From Octopus bimaculoides (Eukaryota), in NCBI RefSeq assembly GCF_001194135.2, contig NC_069001.1:3784368-3848367 (forward strand): a stretch of DNA of 64,000 bases, given 5' to 3'. The notes under the pieces were generated by a model, which was not told the DNA's origin, did no database searches, and saw nothing but the letters and a program-made list of their open reading frames with translations. The translations under genes were made by a program, and so were the position numbers. Below are positions 30,343 to 43,315 of the stretch, piece after piece. The stretch's first letter is position 1, and every line of letters starts with the position of its first letter.

Positions 30343-30373
<31 letters not shown>

Positions 30374-30952
30374 GCAAAATGAGAGTGATGTTTTTCTCCA
30401 TAAGCCGCAAAAAAAAAAACAAAAAAAAACACAGCAGATTATGAAAATATGAAGCAATTTTGATTCTAGAAATCATTGTTCAAAACGAATGATAACTGAT
30501 AGGTCACCAGAATATATCGATTGATTTTTTTTTTTTATATTAAAAAAAACATGAAAAAAGAACCAATAAACCCCAAATAACACCATTCTTCTCCCCCAAT
30601 GGAAAGACAATATTATACAATAGACTGTGTGATTTGTACAATCTAGGGAATTCTCTTCATAAACGTTTTATTATTATAAATATTATTATAATTATTTACA
30701 TTTTGTCAGGAGGTTCAAATAAAAAATTTCTTGTACGAAGTTATTTTTCATACAATATTCAATCAACCAAGGTTTAGGGGACATTTTTTCACTTTGTTGG
30801 TTTATATTGTGCACTACATATTATTTTGGTGGAGTTTTTTTTTGAGGGGGAGGGCATTGTATTGGGTTCTCTTTTCTTTGGATTGCTTTATAATGTTGTA
30901 TATCTCCTCCCTTCCACACGAAAATCAATGTATGTATGTATGTGTATATATA

Positions 30953-30986
<34 letters not shown>

Positions 30987-31317
30987 AACATATTAAATAA
31001 ACATACATATATGTATATACACATACACGTATCTATCTATATATATTATATATATACACACACGCATACATATATGTATACATATGTACAAATACATATA
31101 CATATATATATGCACATACACACACACACATATATATGCATGCATGTATATGCATATACACATCCATGTACATATATACACACATGCATGTATATACATA
31201 TACACATGCATGAACATACATTTATATATATATATGCATATATGCACACATACATATATGTATATATATATATATATATATCCGTGTATATTTGTATGTG
31301 TGGAGAGACATACAAAC

Positions 31318-31400
31318 ATAGTTGTGTGGTTAAGAACTTTGCTTCACAGCCATTGGGTTCCTGGTTCAATCCCACTGTGCCAGCACCTTGGACAAGTGTT
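31318..31400 (+). mobile_element. SINE family B 5' head (tRNA-like)
   Basis: GTTGTGTGGTTAAGAACTTTGCTTCACAGCC...GGTTCAATCCCACTG...CACCTTGGACAAGTG has A- and B-box-like motifs; reverse-oriented homologs at about 56380-56460 and 63190-63298. Confidence 0.6.
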
Positions 31401-31527
31401 ACAAATAAAATTACAAAAAACAGAAACTACACAGAAGCCTGTCATAAATATACATACAAGTCTGTGTTGGTGTTACATCCTTTTATGTCCCACAACTTAG
31501 TGGTTTCACATATGTATATATCTATAT

Positions 31528-31747
31528 ACAAAAGAATGAATGAGACCTCAATACTATGTAAATAGAGGAATTTATCTGTAATATGTGACAACTATTCGGT
31601 TGCCATAATAAAACTCCAAGATGCCGGAGCAGATTTCCACCCTGACATCCGAAACTTGGAGTTTTATTATGGCAACCGAATAATTGTCACATATTACAAA
31701 TAAATTCCTCTATTTACATAGTATTGAGGTCTCATTCATTCTTTTGT
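31528..31747. repeat. 93-bp inverted repeat with 34-nt spacer
   Basis: 31528-31620 is the reverse complement of 31655-31747 with only two mismatches (31576/31699 and 31592/31683). Confidence 0.95.
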
Positions 31748-31760
31748 TGTCATACTATTA

Positions 31761-31793
<33 letters not shown>

Positions 31794-31814
31794 ATAAGTA
31801 CCATGCATGTATGG

Positions 31815-32155
31815 GTTGTTGCCACTGCCGCCTTACACGTAAAAAGCACCATCCGAACATGGTCGATGCCAGCCTCCCCACTCCGAGTGGCTCCTGTGTT
31901 GGTAGCACATAAAAAGTACCACCCGAGTGTAGCCGATGCCAGTGTCGTTTGACTGGCTCCTGTACCGGTGGCACATAAAAAGCACCCACTACACTCTTGG
32001 AGTGGTTGGCATTAGGAAGGGCATCCAACTGTAGAAACACTGCCAGATCAGATTGGAGCCTGGTGCAGCCTCCTGGCTTGCCAGTCCCCAGTCAAACCGT
32101 CCAACCCATGCCAGCATGGAAAACGGACGTTAAATGAAGATGATGATGATGATGA
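31815..32155 (+). mobile_element. (GAT)n-tailed retroposon (family C; SINE or LINE 3' end)
   Basis: Internal repeats of GGCACATAAAAAGCACC, core GGTTGGCATTAGGAAGGGCATCCAACTGTAGAAAC, end CCAACCCATGCCAGCATGGAAAACGGACGTTAAA followed by (GAT)n. At least five copies in the window. RTE-clade affinity is a recollection only. Confidence 0.75.
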
Positions 32156-32363
32156 AGGTGTGTGTGTGTAGGTTCTTGAAGGCACTGATGATAGAAAGTA
32201 GAAACTGCGAAGTTCACATAATGTTGGGTGTTTGTTTGTGGGGGCAGGGAATTTAGATTTAAATATTTTCTGTTTTATAGGGCAACAGCAACACTAACAG
32301 GCATGAGAAGGTATTAGGAGTTACACGATGGACAAAACAAACACACAAACAAAACATATTTAA

Positions 32364-32505
32364 CCCTTTAGCATTTAAAACCAGCCACATCCGGCCCAAA
32401 TATTCTACCCATCTTACCTATATTACAATATCATTCTAAAAAGATAAACAGTCAAATCATTGAAATGATGAAGCTATGAGACAAGGCATGATTCATTCAA
32501 GACTA
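32364..32505 (+). mobile_element. Truncated piggyBac-like MITE
   Basis: Starts TTAA|CCCTTTAGCATTTAAA, a TTAA target plus CCCT terminus typical of piggyBac; no matching right end seen. Confidence 0.4.
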
Positions 32506-32549
32506 AGTGGTGGTGGTCATGATGGTGTTGGAGGTAATAATGAAGATCA

Positions 32550-32770
32550 TTAGTTCTAATTTAGGCACAAGGCCAGCAATTTTTGAAGTGGGTGGACCAT
32601 TTGTTGAGACCATCGGCTCCAGTACTTAATTTGTATTTTATTTTATCAATTCCAAAGAGATGAAAGGCAAATTTGAACCTCAGTGAGATTTGAACTCAAA
32701 AGAAAGATCTACAATGAATACTAAAAGGTATTTTTCTCAATGCTCTAACAACTTTGCCAATACACCGGCT
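32550..32770 (-). mobile_element. Degenerate SINE family A copy
   Basis: TTAGGCACAAGGCCAGCAATTTTT...ATGAAAGGCAAATTTGAACCTCAGTGAGATTTGAACTC matches the family A units. Confidence 0.6.
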
Positions 32771-33013
32771 GTGATTTAACGATAAGAGTAATTATTTCTA
32801 TCAGTTGCACAAGGTTAATTAAGATGGACACAAATATAGATCACGTGTGTGATGGGAGATGTGAAACACAAACGAGGATGTTGTGAAATGAAAGAAAAAA
32901 ACATAAGATGCTAACACAGATAAAAGGAAAAAGAAGAGAGAGTGAGGGAAAGAGAGAGAGAGACATTACACATACAGACATAACTTGATGCTCACACATA
33001 AACAGAGAGAGGC

Positions 33014-33053
<40 letters not shown>

Positions 33054-35553
33054 GGGGAGAGAAAACGAAATATTAAAACATCTGATACCAAATAAGGCAG
33101 CATCAAATCAGGGATGCCAAACAGAACCAAAATAGCTGAACCAAAATGTCTCATACTCAAGATATTCTACATGCCATTGTCAACTCTAACAAACAACAGA
33201 AGATGCAAAGGAAGCGCGGGGAGGGGGAGGCAGGAAGTGACTGATAATCAATATGATAATGAGGCGCTGTCGATGTTGCGATGAGCTACAAATGCATATT
33301 CATGATACAATACAGACAAGCATTCTTGTAATCAAAACAACCAGTACCTTGTAGTTCCGGTGGAGGTAACACAAATACAATAAATACAACACACATTTGG
33401 CAATATGGACCAACTTACAGATTCCAGGATGCTGGCACAAACTCCTCCAAACTAAATCATTTTTTACTTTCTCTTCTTCACCATTTACTGCTTCTTCAGC
33501 TGTATTTAAAAACCATTCCAGTTGATCTCTCTCTGTCTCCATCTTGCAAATCATTTAAATAAAACAGTTTGCATCTCTGTTGATGAGACTCTTTGTGCAT
33601 GTGTATACATATGTATGGATGGATATATAGAATAGCTATATAGCTATGTATGTATGGATATGAATATATATACATATACATATATGTGTGTGTGCATTCT
33701 GAGTTCAAACTGACACCTCATCTCACTGAGAAAAACTGATGCTTGTGAGACCTGGTGACTACAATGACATTCTTAGGTAGTTCTTCAACAACTTTGCAAT
33801 TGCTTCAGCCAATCATTGCTGTTCCTTGCCACACTACATACTGGCAGGACAGAACCACAAGGGAACTGCAAATCCAGAGTACAGAGAGCAAAAGAAGACT
33901 ATATAGATGTGTGTGTGTTTGTGGATATGTGTGGCTGTGAGAAGTGATGTATAAATGCTTATCAAAGCTATTCGGTGATGCTATAACCCTTCTGATAAGA
34001 CATATTTTGCCAACACAAAATATTGTGAGTCCATTATTGACACTGAAGCCATCTGCTTCCAGAACAAGCACTTCCAAATATATATGTGGTATGCCTCTAT
34101 ATGCATCTATGCATGTGTATGAGTGTGTGCATATAAATATATATATATATATATACACACAAGTGTATATATATCTATTAATATATATATACATACATAT
34201 ATTTATGCACATACACACACACACACATATATATATATCTGCATACATACATACAAACAAAAAAACTACACTTAGAACACTGTGTGAAGTCTTTGGCAAT
34301 ACAAAGGGCATCTGGCCATAGCAACTCAGCCTAAATTGGAATGTATGAGGACGGGGAGAATTAATTGTAAATAGGAAATTATTCTTGTTATAATGCCCCA
34401 TCCAACCCCTAACATATAATATACATACACACAAACATATATACTCATATATATATATATAAATGTATATATATATGTGTGTGTGTGTGTATTTAAATTA
34501 TATAAATGTTTGAAAAATACTTTGAGAAAAGCAGGTGAGAAATTAGGGAGAATATGTAAGGGAACGTAAATAACTGTAAAAGAAAAAGAAAAGATATTGT
34601 ACTTGGTTACATAAGTTGTTAAATAATCCAACAATATTTTGGAAAAGATTCCCCTTTTCAAACAGGAGAAAAAAATTAAAAAAAATTTTTTTCTTCGACT
34701 TTGCTCAAAGGTTTTTTCAAACATTTACACACTGTACATCCACTGCAATGCTTCAAGAAAATTACAATACTCCTTTTTACACACACACACACACACATGG
34801 TTGAGTGTGTCCAAGTGCATGTGCACATATACATGTGCATATATCTACATAATATATACATATGTATAAATAGATATATATAAATGTATATAAACACACA
34901 CAAACACACACATATATATATATATGGATATAAATGTATGTATGTATATATATATATATATATANNNNNNNNNNNNNNNNNNNNNNNNNNNNNNNNNNNN
35001 NNNNNNNNNNNNNNNNNNNNNNNNNNNNNNNNNNNNNNNNNNNNNNNNNNNNNNNNNNNNNNNNNNNNNNNNNNNNNNNNNNNNNNNNNNNNNNNNNNNN
35101 NNNNNNNNNNNNNNNNNNNNNNNNNNNNNNNNNNNNNNNNNNNNNNNNNNNNNNNNNNNNNNNNNNNNNNNNNNNNNNNNNNNNNNNNNNNNNNNNNNNN
35201 NNNNNNNNNNNNNNNNNNNNNNNNNNNNNNNNNNNNNNNNNNNNNNNNNNNNNNNNNNNNNNNNNNNNNNNNNNNNNNNNNNNNNNNNNNNNNNNNNNNN
35301 NNNNNNNNNNNNNNNNNNNNNNNNNNNNNNNNNNNNNNNNNNNNNNNNNNNNNNNNNNNNNNNNNNNNNNNNNNNNNNNNNNNNNNNNNNNNNNNNNNNN
35401 NNNNNNNNNNNNNNNNNNNNNNNNNNNNNNNNNNNNNNNNNNNNNNNNNNNNNNNNNNNNNNNNNNNNNNNNNNNNNNNNNNNNNNNNNNNNNNNNNNNN
35501 NNNNNNNNNNNNNNNNNNNNNNNNNNNNNNNNNNNNNNNNNNNNNNNNNNNNN

Positions 35554-35588
<35 letters not shown>

Positions 35589-35783
35589 CACACATAAAAT
35601 GCATATACCATAAACTCAACACGTACATATGTATCTACATATAGTATTTTATATGTATTATATGTACATACTATATTTATGTATATGTTGCTATATATAT
35701 GGTGTTGCATGTTTCATATATAAAAATATACATCATATGATTAAATATACAAACATATACATACATAGATATATGTATGCATA

Positions 35784-35843
<60 letters not shown>

Positions 35844-37317
35844 TGTACATACAGGAAAAGGAACAAATATTGAAAAAAACAAAACAAAATAAAACTAAAT
35901 AAACTAAAGCAAAAAGAACAAAGCAAATGTGGAACTGAATCTTGTAATTATTCCTTGTTTTATATTCTTCCTCTCTTCCTCTCTCTCTCTTTCTTTTGTT
36001 TGAAATACTAATGTTTATGAAAGTGGTTTTATGTTGAAACTTTAATGGCTAAATATGGTACGGGTGAAGCATAAATATTAACCAATATCTATACACATGT
36101 GTATGCATGTATACACACATATATACATATGCATATACTACGTATCCTATACGATGCATAATATAAACCTATAATATATATTTTATATATATACAATGAT
36201 ATATGCTATACATATATATATATATATATATACATACATAACGCATACATATATATATATATATATAATAATAATATTAGGGACAAAATTTATTTTCCCT
36301 AAAACTATATATTTTATATATATATATATATATATANNNNNNNNNNNNNNNNNNNNNNNNNNNNNNNNNNNNNNNNNNNNNNNNNNNNNNNNNNNNNNNN
36401 NNNNNNNNNNNNNNNNNNNNNNNNNNNNNNNNNNNNNNNNNNNNNNNNNNNNNNNNNNNNNNNNNNNNNNNNNNNNNNNNNNNNNNNNNNNNNNNNNNNN
36501 NNNNNNNNNNNNNNNNNNNNNNNNNNNNNNNNNNNNNNNNNNNNNNNNNNNNNNNNNNNNNNNNNNNNNNNNNNNNNNNNNNNNNNNNNNNNNNNNNNNN
36601 NNNNNNNNNNNNNNNNNNNNNNNNNNNNNNNNNNNNNNNNNNNNNNNNNNNNNNNNNNNNNNNNNNNNNNNNNNNNNNNNNNNNNNNNNNNNNNNNNNNN
36701 NNNNNNNNNNNNNNNNNNNNNNNNNNNNNNNNNNNNNNNNNNNNNNNNNNNNNNNNNNNNNNNNNNNNNNNNNNNNNNNNNNNNNNNNNNNNNNNNNNNN
36801 NNNNNNNNNNNNNNNNNNNNNNNNNNNNNNNNNNNNNNNNNNNNNNNNNNNNNNNNNNNNNNNNNNNNNNNNNNNNNNNNNNNNNNNNNNNNNNNNNNNN
36901 NNNNNNNNNNNNNNNNNNNNNNNNNNNNNNNNNNNNNNNNNNNNNNNNNNNNNNNNNNNNNNNNNNNNNNNNNNNNNNNNNNNNNNNNNNNNNNNNNNNN
37001 NNNNNNNNNNNNNNNNNNNNNNNNNNNNNNNNNNNNNNNNNNNNNNNNNNNNNNNNNNNNNNNNNNNNNNNNNNNNNNNNNNNNNNNNNNNNNNNNNNNN
37101 NNNNNNNNNNNNNNNNNNNNNNNNNNNNNNNNNNNNNNNNNNNNNNNNNNNNNNNNNNNNNNNNNNNNNNNNNNNNNNNNNNNNNNNNNNNNNNNNNNNN
37201 NNNNNNNNNNNNNNNNNNNNNNNNNNNNNNNNNNNNNNNNNNNNNNNNNNNNNNNNNNNNNNNNNNNNNNNNNNNNNNNNNNNNNNNNNNNNNNNNNNNN
37301 NNNNNNNNNNNNNNNNA

Positions 37318-37482
37318 TACTACACTCTTGGAGTGGTTGGCGTTAGGAAGGGCATCCAGCTGTAGAAACTCTGCCAAATCAGATTGTAGCCTGGTGTAGC
37401 CATCTGGTTCACCAGTCCTCAGTCAAATCGTCCAACCCATGCTAGCATGGAAAGCGGATGTTAAACGGTGATGATGATGATA
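37318..37482 (+). mobile_element. Family C retroposon, 5' end lost in gap
   Basis: TACACTCTTGGAGTGGTTGGCGTTAGGAAGGGCATCCAGCTGTAGAAAC...GTTAAACGGTGATGATGATG. Confidence 0.8.
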
Positions 37483-37852
37483 CATGTGTGTGTGTATGTA
37501 TGTACATAGCTAATATCTGAGTACACTGAGTACAACCTGATGTGGCTTTTTCTGAGTGTCCAGTAATCCTAGGAAACTGTATCTCTGGTACATGATAGAT
37601 CAATTCGTGGTGTTGAAGGTGTACTCGGATGATCCCTAGTTTCCGTAGAGTAATCAGTGTGAAGGACCTTTGCATATGATAGACAGTCTTAGTCTGTTAA
37701 ATATTGAAGGGCGTAATATATTTATTTGTAAGATAATCCTTGATTTATAGAGTGTAGTATATTTACTAAAAATAAACAAATTGTTTACAAACTCAAGTTT
37801 CTTCTTGAAAGTTATTGCTTTGAAGATTATCAAGAAAAATATGAATATAAGT

Positions 37853-37918
37853 TAAACAATTTAATCAGTTATAATTAATATATTCAACTCCAGTGTATTG
37901 TAACCTTGAATTGTATTC

Positions 37919-37962
<44 letters not shown>

Positions 37963-38028
37963 GAACACAATTCAAGGTTACAATACAGTGGACTTGAATA
38001 TATTAATTATAACTGATTAAATTGTTTA
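37853..38028. repeat. 176-bp palindrome centred on a (TA)n tract
   Basis: 37853-37918 is the reverse complement of 37963-38028 with three mismatches; the centre is self-complementary TA repeat. Confidence 0.93.
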
Positions 38029-38559
38029 TATATATACATACACACACACACACACACACAGACACATCCTGTCTTGTTTTTTGTCCGCCACTACATTCCT
38101 CCATGGCTAGATTTAATTTGCGTATACAAATTTAATCTGCGGTCCATGGGATGAGCCGTTTTAACGATGNNNNNNNNNNNNNNNNNNNNNNNNNNNNNNN
38201 NNNNNNNNNNNNNNNNNNNNNNNNNNNNNNNNNNNNNNNNNNNNNNNNNNNNNNNNNNNNNNNNNNNNNNNNNNNNNNNNNNNNNNNNNNNNNNNNNNNN
38301 NNNNNNNNNNNNNNNNNNNNNNNNNNNNNNNNNNNNNNNNNNNNNNNNNNNNNNNNNNNNNNNNNNNNNNNNNNNNNNNNNNNNNNNNNNNNNNNNNNNN
38401 NNNNNNNNNNNNNNNNNNNNNNNNNNNNNNNNNNNNNNNNNNNNNTATATATATACATCATTCCTCAGAATTTCACACACAAGCACTGTTACATGCACGA
38501 GATCCTTCAGACAGTCTTGTGGATAAATATGACAGAATGGTGGAAGGGGTTATGTCTAT

Positions 38560-39990
38560 GGGGGGGGGGGAGCATTTATGTCGTGAATTTTTACTGGTTA
38601 AGTCGGATGATATAGTTTTAAAGGGAGATTACTCGGGCAACCGTTACTGCTGTTGTCAAGGGAAATCACTCCAAGAAGTTGGTCAGGATTGGCTGAAGTT
38701 GATGCTTATGAATTGTTACCTTTGGTAGATATTGTGCAAATATTTGCAATTGTCAGTGGTGGCAATTAGACAATAATTCTGGTTTAGTTGCCTGAGGATC
38801 TGAAACTTTGCAGTTTAGCAAACATACAGTTCCAGAAACTGTTAGAGTTTGTGGTGGCAGCACTAGCAACAATAATCCATGTTATTGGAGGATGCACCGA
38901 TATGTAATCTCTGAATTTCCGGATGTATTGTGACATGGAAGTTTTCCTGCTCTTTGACTTCAAATAATGGAAATACTGAAGGAAGAGTTTTGTGAAATGA
39001 TTGACCGTTCAACCAATATATTTCCTTTCAATACTTCTGAGATGTTGTGATTACTTAATATTGGTACAACATGGACTTTCCAGACACTGATGGTCTGGAA
39101 ACTCTTGTAATCTGCAATAATTTATGAGCAGAAACTTCAAATTCTTTGCTTATTTTAACTTAAAAGTTCCATGGAAGATTAAACCAGATTATTTCTCTCT
39201 TTCTACTTTTACACAACTGTATGATGGACAGTATTTTATCAATATAAACCAATATCTCACAGAAGTTAGTGCATCACTATAATTAGGGATACCCTGATGG
39301 AACCATCCCTGGTTGAGTTCAGATCAGAGACTTTCCTACTCACTATGTTATGCCTAGTGGGTGACTGGAATTCATATGAATGTAAATGGTAATCTCATTT
39401 AGCTTTCTGTAGGAGTGATGTTTGCTTGTCTTAAAGTGCAATGTCTAAGGAATTGGCAGTCATTTAGTCAGTGGTAATGGCTATGTTTAAGCCCAACTCC
39501 TTAAATATTTTTATTAAATCCCTTCTAAGTGTAGCCATGGTGTGGCCATTCATACTGTATGAGATTGTTAAGCCAATACAGAGCTATGAACAGAGGATTA
39601 ACTTTATCAGGATAAATAATTACATGGGAATTCTCACTTCAGCGCAATTATAACTTCCTAAGGAGACATCAAACAAAGAGTCTCTTTTCTTATTGACCAA
39701 GTAGAAATCAGCAGAGCATAAAAACCACATTCTAGGGCTCATTATGATTCTTACATCCAGGTCAGTTAATTGTGGCGAATCTCTTACCAATAATTAGGGC
39801 TTTCAGGAGGAGGAACACTTAAGATATAGAAGGGGAGAAATCCACAATGTCAAATCTTTTTGAAACTGGTGGATACTTGGTGTACCATGCTGTGAAACCA
39901 TTTAATAATGGTAACACTTCAAGTCTTCTGTAGTAGTCTCATTGTCCACAAACCATTTGCAGGATCACAAGATTATATCTCTTGTGCATA
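38560..39990 (-). mobile_element. Decayed Penelope-like retroelement (RT plus GIY-YIG remnants)
   Basis: Minus-strand translation gives, in the expected order: FDIVDFSPSI (39825-39854), LFDVSLGSYNCAEV, LRRDLIKIFKELGLNI, SYRKLNEITIYIHMNSSHP, REIIWFNLPW and HIGASSN (YIG position). Interrupted by stops and frameshifts. Confidence 0.8.
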
Positions 39991-40497
39991 TGTGTAACAA
40001 TATAACAAACAATCAACCATTTTCACACACATACACACACTGGAAAACATTTGGTAATTCCATATATACATATATACACATGCATATATAAAAAGGAGTT
40101 GATGATTCATTCATGCATTACTCAACATGCATGTGTGTGAATGTGTATATACATACATACATATATAAACTCATGAACACACGTATGTTTATGTGTACAA
40201 ATGAAAGAGTGCTCAATACATTATGTAGAATTTTATATTTATAAATAAACAATTGGTGATTCACTCAATTCTCCCTTGAGAAATATGTAAATGATCACAC
40301 ACCTGAGAGGAATGCTGAGTAATGTACAAATGAATGACCAACTTTTGCATATCTATCTATCTAGCATATATATACACATATATTGACATATATATACATA
40401 TATATGTTATGTATGTGTGTGTGTATATATATATATATATGCAGATATATAGATATATATTTATTTATATATGCACATATAATGGCATATTATTCAA

Positions 40498-40530
<33 letters not shown>

Positions 40531-40574
40531 TAAATACATGCACACACATTATACATACATTATGTCTATCTCTT

Positions 40575-40631
<57 letters not shown>

Positions 40632-41366
40632 TTACATATACACGNNNNNNNNNNNNNNNNNNNNNNNNNNNNNNNNNNNNNNNNNNNNNNNNNNNNNNNN
40701 NNNNNNNNNNNNNNNNNNNNNNNNNNNNNNNNNNNNNNNNNNNNNNNNNNNNNNNNNNNNNNNNNNNNNNNNNNNNNNNNNNNNNNNNNNNNNNNNNNNN
40801 NNNNNNNNNNNNNNNNNNNNNNNNNNNNNNNNNNNNNNNNNNNNNNNNNNNNNNNNNNNNNNNNNNNNNNNNNNNNNNNNNNNNNNNNNNNNNNNNNNNN
40901 NNNNNNNNNNNNNNNNNNNNNNNNNNNNNNNNNNNNNNNNNNNNNNNNNNNNNNNNNNNNNNNNNNNNNNNNNNNNNNNNNNNNNNNNNNNNNNNNNNNN
41001 NNNNNNNNNNNNNNNNNNNNNNNNNNNNNNNNNNNNNNNNNNNNNNNNNNNNNNNNNNNNNNNNNNNNNNNNNNNNNNNNNNNNNNNNNNNNNNNNNNNN
41101 NNNNNNNNNNNNNNNNNNNNNNNNNNNNNNNNNNNNNNNNNNNNNNNNNNNNNNNNNNNNNNNNNNNNNNNNNNNNNNNNNNNNNNNNNNNNNNNNNNNN
41201 NNNNNNNNNNNNNNNNNNNNNNNNNNNNNNNNNNNNNNNNNNNNNNNNNNNNNNNNNNNNNNNNNNNNNNNNNNNNNNNNNNNNNNNNNNNNNNNNNNNN
41301 NNNNNNNNNNNNNNNNNNNNNNNNNNNNNNNNNNNNNNNNNNNNNNNNNNNNNNNNNNNNNNNNNN

Positions 41367-41424
<58 letters not shown>

Positions 41425-42170
41425 TTACATATACACGCACCCACTCACACACAGACATATATACATACACACACACACACATATATATATGTATGTACTT
41501 GTCTTTTTGTTTATTTGTTGAAATGGCAATATTGGACAGTCCCCAGTTGCTTTCATGAGTGGATTCCATGGAGGAGAGAATAATTAAAGAAATGCCATGT
41601 TTTCCATGAAATGAACCTGCCATTTACCATCAGCATCAAAACAAAATGGTATGGAGCACCTGTAGCAAGAAGAAAGAGAGAGAGAGAAAGAAGAAGAATT
41701 AATAATAATAATAATAATATTGTAATTGAAACAAAACAAAATGCTAACATTTCACCAAATTCTGGTGATTTTCTTCTGTCATCACATTTATATATCAATT
41801 GTTAGCAAAGATACAGTATTTTGGTTTGCAACCACAGTATACTACCAAGTATATTAAAGGTTTACAAGTCAATATTATGCTTTACAGTTGAGGAGTTGGA
41901 TGTGGTACTGATGAAAGAGCAATAAATCTTGAAATATGCATATACACCCACTGTCGAATTTTTCTATCTTTAATTGCATTGTTTACACAAATGTATACAT
42001 ATACAAAATGTTGTAACTTTCTATGCTGGCTCTGTATTCTATAGAAAATCAGTAGAGATAAACACATTTTTATAATGAGAGGACAACATATGGCCATTTT
42101 AAGGTCTCAAAATACTTACTTCTTAAGATTAAGTGCAGGCACTCCCTTCACCTATATATATATATACATA

Positions 42171-42857
42171 CAAAGGAAAGTTAAAAATTATCCGCCCTTT
42201 AGCCATAACATTTTTATTATTGTCACACTGCCTTCTGTGCATGCTTGCTCATAGTTGGTATTATTGTGGTCACATGATTGAAGTTTGAGCCTGATTATGC
42301 CAGTTTTCTTTCTGGCTTTACAGTGTAAGCATGGCCGCTCCACTAGCAATGTGCGCCAAAGAAGAACGAAGAGCAGTGATCTGATTTCTCTGGGAAAATG
42401 GGTGTATGATCAACAGTGCGAGATACAGTGCTTTGCTGACCAAACGCCAAAGCCTATTGTCGAAGAAAGTTTTGTTGTTGCATGACAATGCACGTCCACA
42501 CACGGATGCCCAGACCATTGAAACCATTAACCAAGTGGGTTTTGAGGTGCTGGAACACCCTGCCCTACAGCCCAGATCTTGCCCCTGCTGACTGTCATAT
42601 CTTTGGACTGCTCAAAGATGGTTTATGAGGTCATTGCTTTCCTACAGATGAAGATGTGAAGAAAGTGGTGCATAAATGGTTGCATGACCAACCAAAAGCC
42701 TTCATCTTGGAGGGAATACACAAACCGGTGGACCACTGAACCAAGTGCATCAAAGAGGAAGGAAACTATATAGAAAAATGATGTACTTGTTTATCCCCTG
42801 CTTTTGTGTAAATACATTGAAAAAACAAGAGTGTGTATAATTTTTGACTCACCCTTG
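42171..42857 (+). mobile_element. Internally deleted mariner (Tc1/mariner) transposon, transposase pseudogene
   Basis: TA-flanked TIRs of about 28 bp (CAAAGGAAAGTTAAAAATTATCCGCCCT and GTGTGTATAATTTTTGACTCACCCTTG). N-terminus MAAPLAMCAKEERRAVI starts at 42331 and is fused to C-terminal LLLHDNARPHT, HPA-fs-YSPDLAPADCHIFGLLK and ...TKCIKEEGNYIEK*. Confidence 0.92.
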
Positions 42858-42977
42858 TATATGTGTGTGAGAGCTAGAGAAATAGGGATGTACTGATGCA
42901 AGTGATATTCACCAGAAAATTAATATATGTATTTAAGGTTAAATGGTTTAGTGTAAGAGTGCCCTATTATAGATCTC

Positions 42978-43315
42978 GTTACCAACTCACCTGTGACTGT
43001 CCCAAATCTAACCTACTCAACTCACCTGAGACTACCCCATAACTGGGCTCATTATCAACTCACTTGAGACTGGCCTAATCTCATATTACCAATCGACCTG
43101 ACACTTCACTCCCAGTCTCAATACCAACTCACCTGGAACTATCCCATAACTAATCTCACATTACCAACTCACCTGAGATTGCACCATTCTGGTCTCATAT
43201 AACCAACTCATCCCAAGTTTTATATTACCACCTCATTATTTATTGTTTCACACCTGGTCTCAAATCAGCAACTCACCTGTGATTGCCAAACCCTTGGTCT
43301 TATGTTACCAACCTA
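42978..43315 (+). repeat. Degenerate minisatellite, unit about 35-40 bp, core TTACCAACTCACCTGAGA
   Basis: About eight recurrences of (T/A)ACCAACTCACCTG. Confidence 0.7.

Noticed and set aside
37537-37600. Hammerhead-like CTGATGT...GAAAC
   Set aside because: The core deviates from CTGANGA, and I could not build stem III with a GUH cleavage triplet.
38100-38150. Short imperfect hairpin AGATTTAATTTG/CAAATTTAATCT next to a gap
   Set aside because: Short, AT-rich and truncated by Ns; not interpretable.
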